A DNA stretch of 64,000 nt from Methanobacteriota archaeon (GCA_018650285.1 JABIGF010000023.1:12091-76090); one strand, 5' to 3'. Counted from the stretch's first letter, positions 26,842 to 36,418 are shown. The notes: generated by a model from the sequence alone, not told the origin. Program-made: numbers and translations.

Positions 26842-28032
26842 TTATTCGAATGAAATAAATTGCCACGACTCAAATCTGCATAACCAGTCAGTAGTATTGT
26901 ATTGAGTTCGGCGCTCTACTTCTACTATTGGGCTGCCATCAAGTGGGTGTGGTAATATTTTTTGTAATTCTTTAGTTAGGTTTGGAATCTCTTCTTCAGA
27001 AGCAATTAACCAACCACGCACAAGAGTTGGGCTACCTACTTTCAATAATCCAATAAGGTGGGGTAAATGAGTAACTGTTTCATGAGGGAGATTTACGAGT
27101 AAAACATCGTATTTACCGACTAATTCACTATCTTTTGTCAAAGTTAATGCATCGCGTACACCAATATAATTGCCGGATTTTTGAAATCGTTTTTCATTGA
27201 TCTCATCTAGTGAAACTTCTATTCCGTTTTGTGTCAAATTGTCAACAAGGAGAGGCATCGCATCTGGATTGATGTCACAAGCGAGCAGGTTTCCCACCAA
27301 CTCATCAATTTGCAAAAGATGAGTGAAGGCTGGCCCAACACCACAATATGGGTCTGCAACGTCTAGCGGACGGCCCAACATTTCTCTAAGTTTGATTGCA
27401 CTTTCAACAGTATGTACGCGTTGACTTTGTAGTCGGTGAGAAAAGAAGGCTTTTCGTGGATTTATTTTGATGTATAAATTGTATTCCCGAACTATTGTTT
27501 CGGTCTGCAATAACTTTTCACGGGCTGGTTCAGATAGTAAATTGATTTCGTCAACTGTCAAAATTTGACCATCTAATCTAGCAGCTAGTGGCTCTAATTC
27601 CCTTATTCTAAAATCTCCCTTTACTCCGTGGTCACGGAATACCGCTCTCACCTTTTTGTGGTGAGTGATTTTCGCAAGTGCAACCTCTTGGGCGTATTGT
27701 TCGAGATGTTTTTCAATTTTGAATAGAAGTATGTCTCCCAATGGTTCTTGGGCATTGGGCCAACCACCTTCGTGAAGAGAGATTATTTTTTCATCAATAA
27801 ATTGTGGCAAGTATCCAATCCATTTTTGTGGCAAACGTTCTGATTGTTCCGCCTCTTTCTCTTCAAAACCGTTCAACTGCTTGGGCAAAATATCTGGAGG
27901 ATTATCTCCAAGAGGGACGAGTTTGAACTCACCATCATCCAATACACGATATCCTTTAGATGACCATTCAAAGCTATTTACGCAATCCAAAATGGATTGA
28001 GTTTTTTGCTTCGGCACCCTCAAATGACGCAT
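26842..28032 (-). CDS. Trm5/Taw2 (Met-10+) family tRNA methyltransferase, class I SAM-dependent
   Basis: SAM motif VADPYCGVGPAF and NLPH catalytic loop (LLVNLPHE). N-terminus MRHLRVPKQK. The ORF track starts at 28056. Confidence 0.7.
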   Translation of the reverse strand: MRHLRVPKQKTQSILDCVNSFEWSSKGYRVLDDGEFKLVPLGDNPPDILPKQLNGFEEKEAEQSERLPQKWIGYLPQFIDEKIISLHEGGWPNAQEPLGDILLFKIEKHLEQYAQEVALAKITHHKKVRAVFRDHGVKGDFRIRELEPLAARLDGQILTVDEINLLSEPAREKLLQTETIVREYNLYIKINPRKAFFSHRLQSQRVHTVESAIKLREMLGRPLDVADPYCGVGPAFTHLLQIDELVGNLLACDINPDAMPLLVDNLTQNGIEVSLDEINEKRFQKSGNYIGVRDALTLTKDSELVGKYDVLLVNLPHETVTHLPHLIGLLKVGSPTLVRGWLIASEEEIPNLTKELQKILPHPLDGSPIVEVERRTQYNTTDWLCRFESWQFISFE

Positions 28033-28086
28033 CTGACTCGAAAGTCCGAGAAGCACTACTCGCTTGACGATGACGGAGGATTGGAG

Positions 28087-28866
28087 ATGACCAAAACAAA
28101 CTCTGGACTTTGGTTAATAGGGTTGGGCCCTGGTGATCTTTCAGCAATGAGTTTGGCGGCTATTGATGCCGCTAAAGATTGCGAATATCGTTATTTAGAG
28201 GGATATACTGCACTTTTACCAGAAAATGAAATGAGTAGATTGAACGAGTTTGTTGGCGATTTTGAAGTTTCAATGCGCCCCGCTATTGAAAATCCTGAAC
28301 AATTGTTTGAGTTGGCAAAAAAGGCGCGTGTGGCCCTCATGGTTGTCGGCGACCCTCTACAAGCAACAACACATGTGGATTTGCAATTGCGAGCAAGTGA
28401 AGCGGGAATTGAATGTCATGTCATTCATGGAATCTCAATAACCACTATTGTCACTGGCGCTGTTGGTCTTCAATCGTACCGATTTGGAAGACAAGTTACG
28501 CTTGCCTATCCGTATGGTGAATATCTTGCAACATCACCATTTGAATTAATTATTGAAAACAAAGAGAGAAAATTACACACATTGGTTTTACTTGATTTAG
28601 ACCCAACTGGAATGGGTGTTGACGAACAAAAGCCAATGACGCCAGCAATTGCTGTTGATGTGCTACGGAAATCGGCAGACAAATTATCAATCAATATTGA
28701 AGATTGGAATATTGCTCTTTGTAGTGATATGGGGCGCCCTGAACAACGCATATTTTACGGTACTCTTGATGAGGTGGCAAACATCAATGATGGTTCAATT
28801 CACTGTCTCGTAATTCCTGGAAGAATGGATGAATTGGAACTCAAAGCACTGCAGCGCTGGAAATAA
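28087..28866 (+). CDS. dph5: Diphthine synthase (tetrapyrrole-methylase fold)
   Basis: LWLIGLGPGDLSAMSLAAIDAAKDCEYRYLEGYTALLP ... VVGDPLQATTH ... CLVIPG. The ORF track starts at 27997, but ATG 28087 gives the canonical N-terminus. Confidence 0.85.
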   Translation: MTKTNSGLWLIGLGPGDLSAMSLAAIDAAKDCEYRYLEGYTALLPENEMSRLNEFVGDFEVSMRPAIENPEQLFELAKKARVALMVVGDPLQATTHVDLQLRASEAGIECHVIHGISITTIVTGAVGLQSYRFGRQVTLAYPYGEYLATSPFELIIENKERKLHTLVLLDLDPTGMGVDEQKPMTPAIAVDVLRKSADKLSINIEDWNIALCSDMGRPEQRIFYGTLDEVANINDGSIHCLVIPGRMDELELKALQRWK

Positions 28867-28922
28867 CCACAGCCGTTGCCCTCAAGGGAGAGGGGCGACT
28901 CGGAGGGGTACGGGGAACTCTT

Positions 28923-30587
28923 ATGGCAGGTGGATCAGAGGTTGAGTTTCCAGGCAAGAAAAAACAAAAAATGCGTATGCGTGGCACGAAAAAGGCTTCT
29001 GATTCGGTGCAAAAACGTCTTCGAAAAAATCTTGATGTTTTGTTAGAAGAGCCTCATACGATTCTTCCCACAATTGTTGGCCCAACTTCACCTGGATTTG
29101 GCCGACGCGATAAACTCAAAGCGTGTCTAAAAGATATTGAAAAGGTCATTTCAAAACGTGAAGATAGAAAGTGGTTGCATAAGAGAATGGCCGCAAGAAA
29201 AGGCGACCTTGTAGCGCGTGCTTTTGCTGGCTCATTAGCAGCTGCTCATGAGGATGAATTTGAGACGGTGGCGGTATTCAAACATCCTGTGTATGGTTCT
29301 TCATCATTCATTCGACGCGGAAGTGCAAGGCCAGCACATTTACTTGGAATTCAAATGCATTCAAACCCACAATTTAGACTGTTAGCGTGGGAAGAATTAG
29401 CACGTTCAGGATACTGGTTCTTTGCATGGGGAAATGAACTGATCTGTACAGGAGTTAAGCCAACACCGCCTACAAAATGGGTTGAAGAAAGCCTTACATC
29501 ATCGCCGCTAAAATTTACAGACGATGATGGGGTATGGAAAGCGGGAAGTGGTTCCAATGTTATATCTCTAAAATATAATAATGGAATGATTGCTGAAATT
29601 AGTCTTGATGTTCTTTCAAAATCAAAAGAATCGTTTATACAAAATATTGCACTGACTATGTCACCTCCACGACTAACTGAATTAATGGAAGTTGAAACGA
29701 ATTACAAACCAGAAGGATGGCCCGATGATAAAGAAATGAATGATGCATCAAAGGATGCGATGGAATCTGTTATTCAACGCTGGCTACGTTTGGAAATTCC
29801 TGACAATCATTTGCAAACAGCCCTACACAATATGTTCAGTGAACAGCTTGATGAAGGATTAATGCTGAAAGATACTTGGTTTGACAATGAAGACATAGAT
29901 GATTTTCTCAAAGCATTACAAGGAAGTAAAATTGAACTTGAAGCGGTTGCAATTATTCTAGATACATTAGAAGGAGGGGTAAGAGTTGATGCGGCTGGCG
30001 AAGCACATTGGTTGGCTGGAGATGTTATTCGGTTGGAAGAAGATAGCGCCCATTCACTTCTTAGAGCAACATGGGGTAAATGTGGAATGGATATTCTCGA
30101 AGTAATGTTTGACCTTACAGGTGAAGATGCCGACAATATTTACGAACAGCAATTGAACAGTAGGAAGGCATTTAGTGGATTCTTAACAAAACTCAATGAA
30201 AAACAGAGTGGCGTCAGAATGATGAAAATGTTTCCATGGGCTTCTAGTGACTTGCCAACACCACTCAATTTTGCCGATGAACTAATCAAAAAAGCACATA
30301 CAGAAGGTGTCGGGAAAACAACTACTATGGCAAGAAAAGCGGGTGGTAGTAAATCCTCTATTGGCTGGGCATGGGTTTCTGTTCATGGTAAAGGTGGCAG
30401 TGAAGCGTGGCATTATGAACCATCGATCCGCGATAAAGGTGGAGATTGGGTGCCTTCACTAGATAAACTTTGGAAGGCGAGCAAAAACGTTGTTGAAAAT
30501 AACGAATATGGAGACTATATTGCCGCCATGGATGAATTAAGAAGTGCTACTGGCACTATTGAAAAACTGCCTGATGCCACTTCATGA
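28923..30587 (+). CDS. Hypothetical protein, 554 aa, basic N-terminus, no recognised domain
   Basis: A long ORF with ordinary coding composition and no competing frame. I recognised no motifs. Confidence 0.6.
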   Translation: MAGGSEVEFPGKKKQKMRMRGTKKASDSVQKRLRKNLDVLLEEPHTILPTIVGPTSPGFGRRDKLKACLKDIEKVISKREDRKWLHKRMAARKGDLVARAFAGSLAAAHEDEFETVAVFKHPVYGSSSFIRRGSARPAHLLGIQMHSNPQFRLLAWEELARSGYWFFAWGNELICTGVKPTPPTKWVEESLTSSPLKFTDDDGVWKAGSGSNVISLKYNNGMIAEISLDVLSKSKESFIQNIALTMSPPRLTELMEVETNYKPEGWPDDKEMNDASKDAMESVIQRWLRLEIPDNHLQTALHNMFSEQLDEGLMLKDTWFDNEDIDDFLKALQGSKIELEAVAIILDTLEGGVRVDAAGEAHWLAGDVIRLEEDSAHSLLRATWGKCGMDILEVMFDLTGEDADNIYEQQLNSRKAFSGFLTKLNEKQSGVRMMKMFPWASSDLPTPLNFADELIKKAHTEGVGKTTTMARKAGGSKSSIGWAWVSVHGKGGSEAWHYEPSIRDKGGDWVPSLDKLWKASKNVVENNEYGDYIAAMDELRSATGTIEKLPDATS

Positions 30588-30602
30588 GATTGGCACTTTG
30601 AA

Positions 30603-30953
30603 TCATTCAACTTGTTGAGACACCCAAGCAAAATACTCGTCTGTTGTTGCTTCATTATGATGAATTATTTGTGGTGTTTCATATGGGTGTTCTGCGCAAA
30701 CCCAATCTAGTAATATTGCTAATTTTTCAATGGTAGTTTTGGCAACTATTTTCCACTCATCTTCATTGATTACTTTTTGTTTCCATGAATAGGTGGAATT
30801 GATTGAATAATGTTGTATGCAGGCTGCTAATTTTTTGTCAATTATTTGAAATTTGAATTGTTCAACCTGCTTATCAGTCCAAGTAATTGGTAATGTTGTA
30901 GTCAACACTGCAATCTCCAACATTAATCTCTCGAATAATTGGTGGTGCATCAA
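30603..30953 (-). CDS. cutA: CutA1 divalent-cation tolerance protein
   Basis: KLAACIQHYSINSTYSWKQKV...EWKIVAKTT...HPYETPQII...YFAWV matches the CutA signature (LAAC.n...i.S.Y.W.g.i...E..l..KT...HPYe.Pei). Confidence 0.8.
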   Translation of the reverse strand: MMHHQLFERLMLEIAVLTTTLPITWTDKQVEQFKFQIIDKKLAACIQHYSINSTYSWKQKVINEDEWKIVAKTTIEKLAILLDWVCAEHPYETPQIIHHNEATTDEYFAWVSQQVE

Positions 30954-31029
30954 CCTACGCTAATTGAAAGGAGGAACAAAGCGAACCATTGAAGGGTGGG
31001 AGGTTGGCGTCGGCTACGGGGGAGAAACA

Positions 31030-32406
31030 ATGAGCGCATCATGGACTGAGCCGATTGATAGCGGAGAGGTCCCAAAAAATAATGATTCATTTGATGTCAT
31101 TGTTGTTGGTGGTGGCCCTGGTGGTTCTTCATCAGCAGCCTATGCTGCGATGAATGGGTGGCGCGTCTTGTTGCTCGAAAAGGCCGTCTACCCTAGAGAC
31201 AAAACATGTGGTGATGCTGTTGGTGGAAAGTCACTCAAACATGTCGAAGAATTAGGCGTAAAACCACTAATTGAATCAACACCACATAATCGTGTTACTG
31301 GGATTATATTTTCATCGGCAAACGGACAGCAAATTCATTGCTCTTTACCAGAAGAGGAAATTGAAAACAAAGAGGCTGGTTTCGCTCTTCCTAGAAAACA
31401 ATTTGACTACATGATGTTCAGTCGAGCCAACGAATTGGTGCTTGAAAATGGTGGTTCGGTAATACAAGATTTTACTGTTACAAACGTCAATGTTGTCGGA
31501 GAGGGTGAGTCACAAAAAATTGTCGGCGTTACTGGAATAGTTGGTGGCAAGCGGTCAAAAAATGAACCTTTAACTTTTACAGCACCACTAACTATTGGCG
31601 CAGGTGGATACACTTGCCCCGTTGCAAAAACCGTTACTGAAACGTGTCACAATGAACCAATGCGCGATGACCTCCACTACTGTGGGGCATACCGCGAATA
31701 CTGGGTTGATGTAGAAGGTTGTGAAGGTGACAAAATCCCAATTGAAATCCATTTCATCAAGGAAGTTATTCCAGGTTATTGGTGGATATTCCCTGTCGGC
31801 GTAAATGATGAAGGAAAAACCATGGTCAATGTTGGAATTGGAATGGTCATTAATGAGATGAATAAAAAATCTGTTAAACTCAAAAAATTGCAAAAGTGGG
31901 TAATTGAAGAACACCCCGTTTTCTCAAAGCGATTCAAAAATGCCACACTCGTTGAAGGAAGTGGAAAGGGGCATCAATTACCGTTTGGTAGCCCCCGAAA
32001 AAACGCACCCTCTTACCAACCACGGCGCTCTGCAATGGCGGGTGCGATCTGCGTTGGTGATGCTGCATCACTTGTTGACCCTTTTTCTGGCGAAGGGGTT
32101 GGGAATGCATTAGTTAGTTCTAAAATTGCCATTTCACATTTTGATAAAGAAGCGCATGCAGATGGTTTACCCACCAAAGCTGCTGAAGCATATATGCAAG
32201 AATTGTGGGGTGTTCTTGGACCTGAATTAACTAATAGTCTAAAAATGCAAAAAATGGTTCGTAAAACATGGTTGATGAATTGGATTATCAAGAAGGCGAA
32301 CAAAAAACCAGCCATCAAAGATATGTTAGAACAATCTCTATCTTCCAAAGAAGCACAAGAAGAAATGAAGAGTACGTGGAATCTCCTCAAATTATTATTA
32401 TTCTAA
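31030..32406 (+). CDS. Geranylgeranyl reductase family flavoprotein (digeranylgeranylglycerophospholipid reductase-like)
   Basis: FDVIVVGGGPGGSSSAAYAAMNGWRVLLLEKAVYPRDKTCGDAVG and a GDAASLVDPFSGEG motif. The ORF track starts at 30964. Confidence 0.8.
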   Translation: MSASWTEPIDSGEVPKNNDSFDVIVVGGGPGGSSSAAYAAMNGWRVLLLEKAVYPRDKTCGDAVGGKSLKHVEELGVKPLIESTPHNRVTGIIFSSANGQQIHCSLPEEEIENKEAGFALPRKQFDYMMFSRANELVLENGGSVIQDFTVTNVNVVGEGESQKIVGVTGIVGGKRSKNEPLTFTAPLTIGAGGYTCPVAKTVTETCHNEPMRDDLHYCGAYREYWVDVEGCEGDKIPIEIHFIKEVIPGYWWIFPVGVNDEGKTMVNVGIGMVINEMNKKSVKLKKLQKWVIEEHPVFSKRFKNATLVEGSGKGHQLPFGSPRKNAPSYQPRRSAMAGAICVGDAASLVDPFSGEGVGNALVSSKIAISHFDKEAHADGLPTKAAEAYMQELWGVLGPELTNSLKMQKMVRKTWLMNWIIKKANKKPAIKDMLEQSLSSKEAQEEMKSTWNLLKLLLF

Positions 32407-32415
32407 GGTGATGAA

Positions 32416-33189
32416 ATGGATGAATCACTAAATGGTGTTAAGGCGGTATTCCTTGACCTTGATGGAACAATCTATCTTGGTGGGAACTTAATTGATGGCT
32501 CTGTTGAATTTTTGAATCGGTGCGAAGAACGAGGCATTCAACGTTTCTTCTTATCAAATAATTCATCAAAATCGGTCACGGAGTATTTGGCAAAACTGAA
32601 TGGGCTTGGGATTCCTGCAGAAGCAAAGGATGTTTTACTTTCAACCCACGACCTACTCTCTTGGTTGGCTAAAGAAGGTGTTACTGAAACATACCTTGTG
32701 GGTACAGAAGGGATGCGTTCAATGCTAGAAGATGTTGGAATTTCAACGCGTAGTAGTGGACCACAATATGTGGTACTTGGCTATGATACTGAAATCAATT
32801 ATGAGAAGTTGACTACCGCTTCAATTCATCTTCACAATGGGGTGCCACTTGTTGCATCCCACCCTGATGTTGTCTGCCCTTCACCAGATGGTGGGCTTCC
32901 AGATGTTGGCGCATACCTTTCACTGTTTGAAGCGACTTGTGGAGTAAAGGCCAGTCACATTTGTGGTAAGCCGAACGCTGGAATGATATTACATAAAATT
33001 GAGGAATTAGGATTGCAACCTGCTGACTGTGCAATGGTTGGCGACCGCCTTTACACTGATATGGAAATGGCTGAAAGAGCGGGTGTTGTTGGCATTCTTG
33101 TTCTATCTGGGGAAGCTACGATGGAAGATGTGGAAAATGCAAAACAAAATCCAGACATCGTTGTAACATCTGTTAATGATTTATTGTGA
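32416..33189 (+). CDS. HAD-superfamily hydrolase, subfamily IIA (NagD/PNPase-like sugar phosphatase)
   Basis: Motif I FLDLDGTIY, motif II FLSNNSS, then GKP and motif IV GDRLYTDM. Confidence 0.8.
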   Translation: MDESLNGVKAVFLDLDGTIYLGGNLIDGSVEFLNRCEERGIQRFFLSNNSSKSVTEYLAKLNGLGIPAEAKDVLLSTHDLLSWLAKEGVTETYLVGTEGMRSMLEDVGISTRSSGPQYVVLGYDTEINYEKLTTASIHLHNGVPLVASHPDVVCPSPDGGLPDVGAYLSLFEATCGVKASHICGKPNAGMILHKIEELGLQPADCAMVGDRLYTDMEMAERAGVVGILVLSGEATMEDVENAKQNPDIVVTSVNDLL

Positions 33190-33211
33190 TTTTTCAATAG
33201 ACTGCGAGCCG

Positions 33212-33395
33212 GTTGCATGGGTAGGCAGTGTACTGGGGGACTGAACACCCATTGTACTCTTTCATAATCTCTTGAGGGGTTTGCAAGAACCCTTGCGATT
33301 TCACGGAAATGACATGTCGGTTGTCTGTATCAGCCCATGAGAGACGGTGTGAAATTTGGTTCAACACTTGAGGGTTTTCTGTTCATACCCTTGCG
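33212..33395 (+). repeat. Left inverted-repeat arm (IR-L)
   Basis: GTTGCATGGGTAGGCAGTGTACTGG...CTCTTGAGGGGTTTGCAAGAACCCTTGCGATTTCACGGAAATGACATGTCGGTTGTCTGTATCA...CATGAGAGACGGTGTGAAATTTGGTTCAACACTTGAGGG...ACCCTTGCG. It matches the reverse complement of IR-R with roughly 20 substitutions and no indels, by eye. Confidence 0.85.
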
Positions 33396-33479
33396 AGACA
33401 TTGGACATGATTTGTCCATAGTATGCTTCTGCGATTCAAGTCTGCTTAAACGTATAAGGAAGACGTGATTATTGAAGGT

Positions 33480-34250
33480 ATGACCGCAAAACGAAACAAG
33501 ACAATCGCCTACATCCGTGTCTCATCTCAAAGACAAGTCGATGAGGGTGTGAGTGTTGCCTCACAGAAAAGAATAATCACACAACTTGCAAGTTTCAAAA
33601 GTCTGAAAATAGAATCTGATGATTTCCTCATCGAGAAAGGAGTTAGTGCAGGGATTCCGTTGTGGGAAAGACCCAAGGGTCGGGTGTTGAAGAAAAAACT
33701 GCTATCAGGAGAATATGACAATCTCATTGTTATGAAGATAGATAGGTTGTTCAGAATCACATCTGATTTACTCTTCACTATTGAGGAATTAGATGATATG
33801 GGAATCAATCTACTCGTAGCAGATTTAGGTGGCGAAGCCATCGACACATCCACTACGATGGGAAAATTCATGCTCACCTTGTTTGGCGCAATTGCAGAAA
33901 TGGAACGTGGCCTCATTTCGGAAAGAACACAAGAAGGAATGGAGCAACTGAAGGCTCAAAACAAACGTTTCACAGATTCAATCTTTGGGTGGGATGTTGA
34001 CAAAAACGGTATGCTCAAACCGAATTGGTATGAACAGGACATCATTGATTGGATGTATTGGCAGGTCAATGTGAACGGGATGTCACAGGCATCTGTCGCT
34101 CGAAGTTTGAATTCAAGAGGAGTCAAGGGCAAACGCGGGGGGGAATGGCAGGGACAGTCTGTAAAGCGTACGATTGCCCATACATTCCACGCAAACAGAA
34201 AGGGTTTCCCTTATCCGAAGAATTGGGGTTCCATGCCTTGGCATCGATAA
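33480..34250 (+). CDS. Serine recombinase: resolvase/invertase catalytic domain plus a 'recombinase' domain, lacking the zinc-ribbon/coiled-coil of large serine integrases
   Basis: Catalytic motif AYIRVSSQRQ, then DNLIVMKIDRLFR and GAIAEMERGLISERTQEG. The C-terminal segment WYEQDIIDWMYWQ...GMSQASVARSLNSRGVKGKRGGEWQGQSVKRTI resembles the PF07508-type recombinase domain. The ORF track starts at GTG 33465. Confidence 0.85.
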   Translation: MTAKRNKTIAYIRVSSQRQVDEGVSVASQKRIITQLASFKSLKIESDDFLIEKGVSAGIPLWERPKGRVLKKKLLSGEYDNLIVMKIDRLFRITSDLLFTIEELDDMGINLLVADLGGEAIDTSTTMGKFMLTLFGAIAEMERGLISERTQEGMEQLKAQNKRFTDSIFGWDVDKNGMLKPNWYEQDIIDWMYWQVNVNGMSQASVARSLNSRGVKGKRGGEWQGQSVKRTIAHTFHANRKGFPYPKNWGSMPWHR

Positions 34251-34321
34251 CCCTGTGGAATCTTAGAATTAATCATTTACAATCCAGGAGTTAATATACT
34301 GTCGCTATTGCCAATACATGT

Positions 34322-35599
34322 ATGCGAAAGCCCACTTCCATCGATCTCTTCGCGGGTTGTGGTGGTTTGACACGTGGTCTTGAGTGGGCTGGGTATGAAT
34401 GTTTGGCATTTAATGAACTCAACAAAGATGCTGCCGACTCTTTCGCGGCTAATTTCCCAGAGGCAATTCGCCTTGATGGAGACATACGAAGTGCATTAAC
34501 AGATGAGGTAATCACCAAACAACTCCTTCCCCTCATTGATAAGAAAGGTGGACTTGACCTCCTTTGTGGTGGACCACCATGTCAGGGATACTCAGGAATC
34601 GGCCATCGCCGTACGCATAAATTGGAGAAGAAAGACATCCCTACAAACCATCTGTTCCTTGAGATGATAAGCGCGATTTCTCGTCTTCAACCAAGAGTAT
34701 TTCTGTTTGAGAATGTAGAAGGAATCCTAAGTGGCAAGTGGACGACCGATGGTGCGAAAGGAGAGATATTTCGTGATGTTTGGGAATCCTTCTCACAAAT
34801 AGAGGGATACGTGGTTCAGCCTACATTACTCCACGCATATGGATTCGGTGTTCCTCAAAACCGTCCGCGTGTGATGATTATGGGTGTCCGAGAAGAACTT
34901 CTGGAACACTGTGAATTCGAGCCTGTTGATTTCAACCCCAATACGAACAATCAATCCTATGCTTCTCAATTACGAAACAATGGTGGCTTCTTTCCTAGTT
35001 GGGATGAGAACAATATCAACGCCCCAGATTTAATTGATGTTCTCTCCGATCTTGACTTTGAAGGTTGGACTCCAGACAAACCGCATTATCGTAAAAAGCC
35101 CAAGACAGATTTCCAAAAATTCCTGCGAAATGAAGTACAGACAAATGGACGAGGTCGTCAAATTCTCACTGACCACGAGTTCTCCAACCACAAACCACAT
35201 GTAGTGGAGAGATTTCAGTATATGTTGGACAATAATGTGACTAAGAAAGCGGATTTGCCACCTCATATGCAGACGAGAAAATTCAACCAAAAACCCCTTC
35301 CAGCGCGCTGGCCCAACAAGCCTTCCATGACTGTGACCTCACTTCCTGATGACTATGTGCACTATCGGCGAGCAAGAACGTTCTCAGTTAGGGAATGGGC
35401 AAGATTGCAAACCTTCCCCGACAAGCACATCTTCTGTGGAAAGAGAACCACTGGGGGCGAAAGACGTGCTGGAAATCCTGCAGAAGGAAACTGGAATCGT
35501 GACGTCCCAAAGTATACCCAAATAGGGAATGCAGTACCTCCATTGCTTGGCAAGGCACTCGGTGAACAAATTGCCTTGATTCTACCAAGCCTTACGTAA
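34322..35599 (+). CDS. DNA (cytosine-5)-methyltransferase
   Basis: Motif I DLFAGCGGLTRG, motif IV GGPPCQGYS, motif VI ENV, motif VIII QNRPR, motif IX-X REWARLQTFPD ... GNAVPPLL. Confidence 0.95.
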   Translation: MRKPTSIDLFAGCGGLTRGLEWAGYECLAFNELNKDAADSFAANFPEAIRLDGDIRSALTDEVITKQLLPLIDKKGGLDLLCGGPPCQGYSGIGHRRTHKLEKKDIPTNHLFLEMISAISRLQPRVFLFENVEGILSGKWTTDGAKGEIFRDVWESFSQIEGYVVQPTLLHAYGFGVPQNRPRVMIMGVREELLEHCEFEPVDFNPNTNNQSYASQLRNNGGFFPSWDENNINAPDLIDVLSDLDFEGWTPDKPHYRKKPKTDFQKFLRNEVQTNGRGRQILTDHEFSNHKPHVVERFQYMLDNNVTKKADLPPHMQTRKFNQKPLPARWPNKPSMTVTSLPDDYVHYRRARTFSVREWARLQTFPDKHIFCGKRTTGGERRAGNPAEGNWNRDVPKYTQIGNAVPPLLGKALGEQIALILPSLT

Positions 35600-36418
35600 A
35601 TTTTCAAGTTCATTGAACCATTGTTGATATGTCATCAAAGTATCATGGTTGTTAAAGTGAGAAACTGCTTCAGGCAATACAACAAAACGGAAACCATTCT
35701 TTGTTGCATAATCGAGTCGGCCCTTGATGTTCTTCAGTTGACTCTCAAACTGTTTAGCCCCATGAGCAGTTGGCACACGTCTGAATGTATTTGGTTGCAA
35801 TTGTTGAATGGCCAATCTAACTCTGTCGTTAACAGTCGTCATGCAAGCACAAGTGACTGTGATGTTCGGATTCGCTCTGAGGTATGAGGTGTCAGCAGGG
35901 AAAAGAAAGTCGAGTCGTACTTGATTTAACCCTTGAACTTCCACTTGAGTCGCAAATTCAACTCCATATTCAAAGCCATGATCTTTCAACAAGAATTCCA
36001 ATTGAGCTTCGAGTGAACCCCCCGCTCTTGTTCGCCTCCCTTGGGCAAGAGAACTCTCCAGTATCGATAGCGCAGTCCAAACTTCAGAAGTGATGCCATC
36101 TACAGGAAATAAACTCTCAATCAATGGGTAACGTCCAGAGTGTTTCGCAACATATGTTTCACAATTTGATAGAAAAGTAGGCCCAGCATTTGAACTCTGC
36201 TCAAGGTAAATCTTGTACTCTTCTTCTAATAACCATCTCAACTTGTCATCAATCGTGCACTCTGACCAATCTTGAAGATAGAAATCTTTCTGAACACGGA
36301 TACGAATTTCGGGTGGATTTTCAATTCCAACATCAATATGTTTCAGAACCCCTCCCCTGTTTCCGAGAATTTCAGACTTCCAGTCCTCAAGGGCTGCCAT
36401 GTTACTCCCATAGACCAC
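35582..36418 (-). CDS. Putative type II restriction endonuclease partner of the C5-MTase
   Basis: It is convergent with the MTase and overlaps it by 18 nt at the 3' ends. 278 aa with no similarity to housekeeping families that I can see. The call is positional; specificity is unknown. An alternative ATG lies at 36400. Confidence 0.55.
   Translation of the reverse strand: MVYGSNMAALEDWKSEILGNRGGVLKHIDVGIENPPEIRIRVQKDFYLQDWSECTIDDKLRWLLEEEYKIYLEQSSNAGPTFLSNCETYVAKHSGRYPLIESLFPVDGITSEVWTALSILESSLAQGRRTRAGGSLEAQLEFLLKDHGFEYGVEFATQVEVQGLNQVRLDFLFPADTSYLRANPNITVTCACMTTVNDRVRLAIQQLQPNTFRRVPTAHGAKQFESQLKNIKGRLDYATKNGFRFVVLPEAVSHFNNHDTLMTYQQWFNELENLRKAW

Noticed and set aside
33200-33211. Search for a target-site duplication flanking the IR-bounded cassette, comparing 33200-33211 with 37529-37540
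   Set aside because: No direct repeat of 3 nt or more is visible immediately outside the arms, so no TSD is claimed. This is consistent with serine-recombinase chemistry but is not evidence for it.
33670-33681. GACCC-AA-GGGTC palindrome resembling the TTGACCC-N4-GGGTCAA promoter motif
   Set aside because: It lies inside the serine recombinase coding sequence (ERPKGRV), has a 2-nt spacer instead of 4 nt, and lacks the TT/AA flanks. It is probably coincidental.
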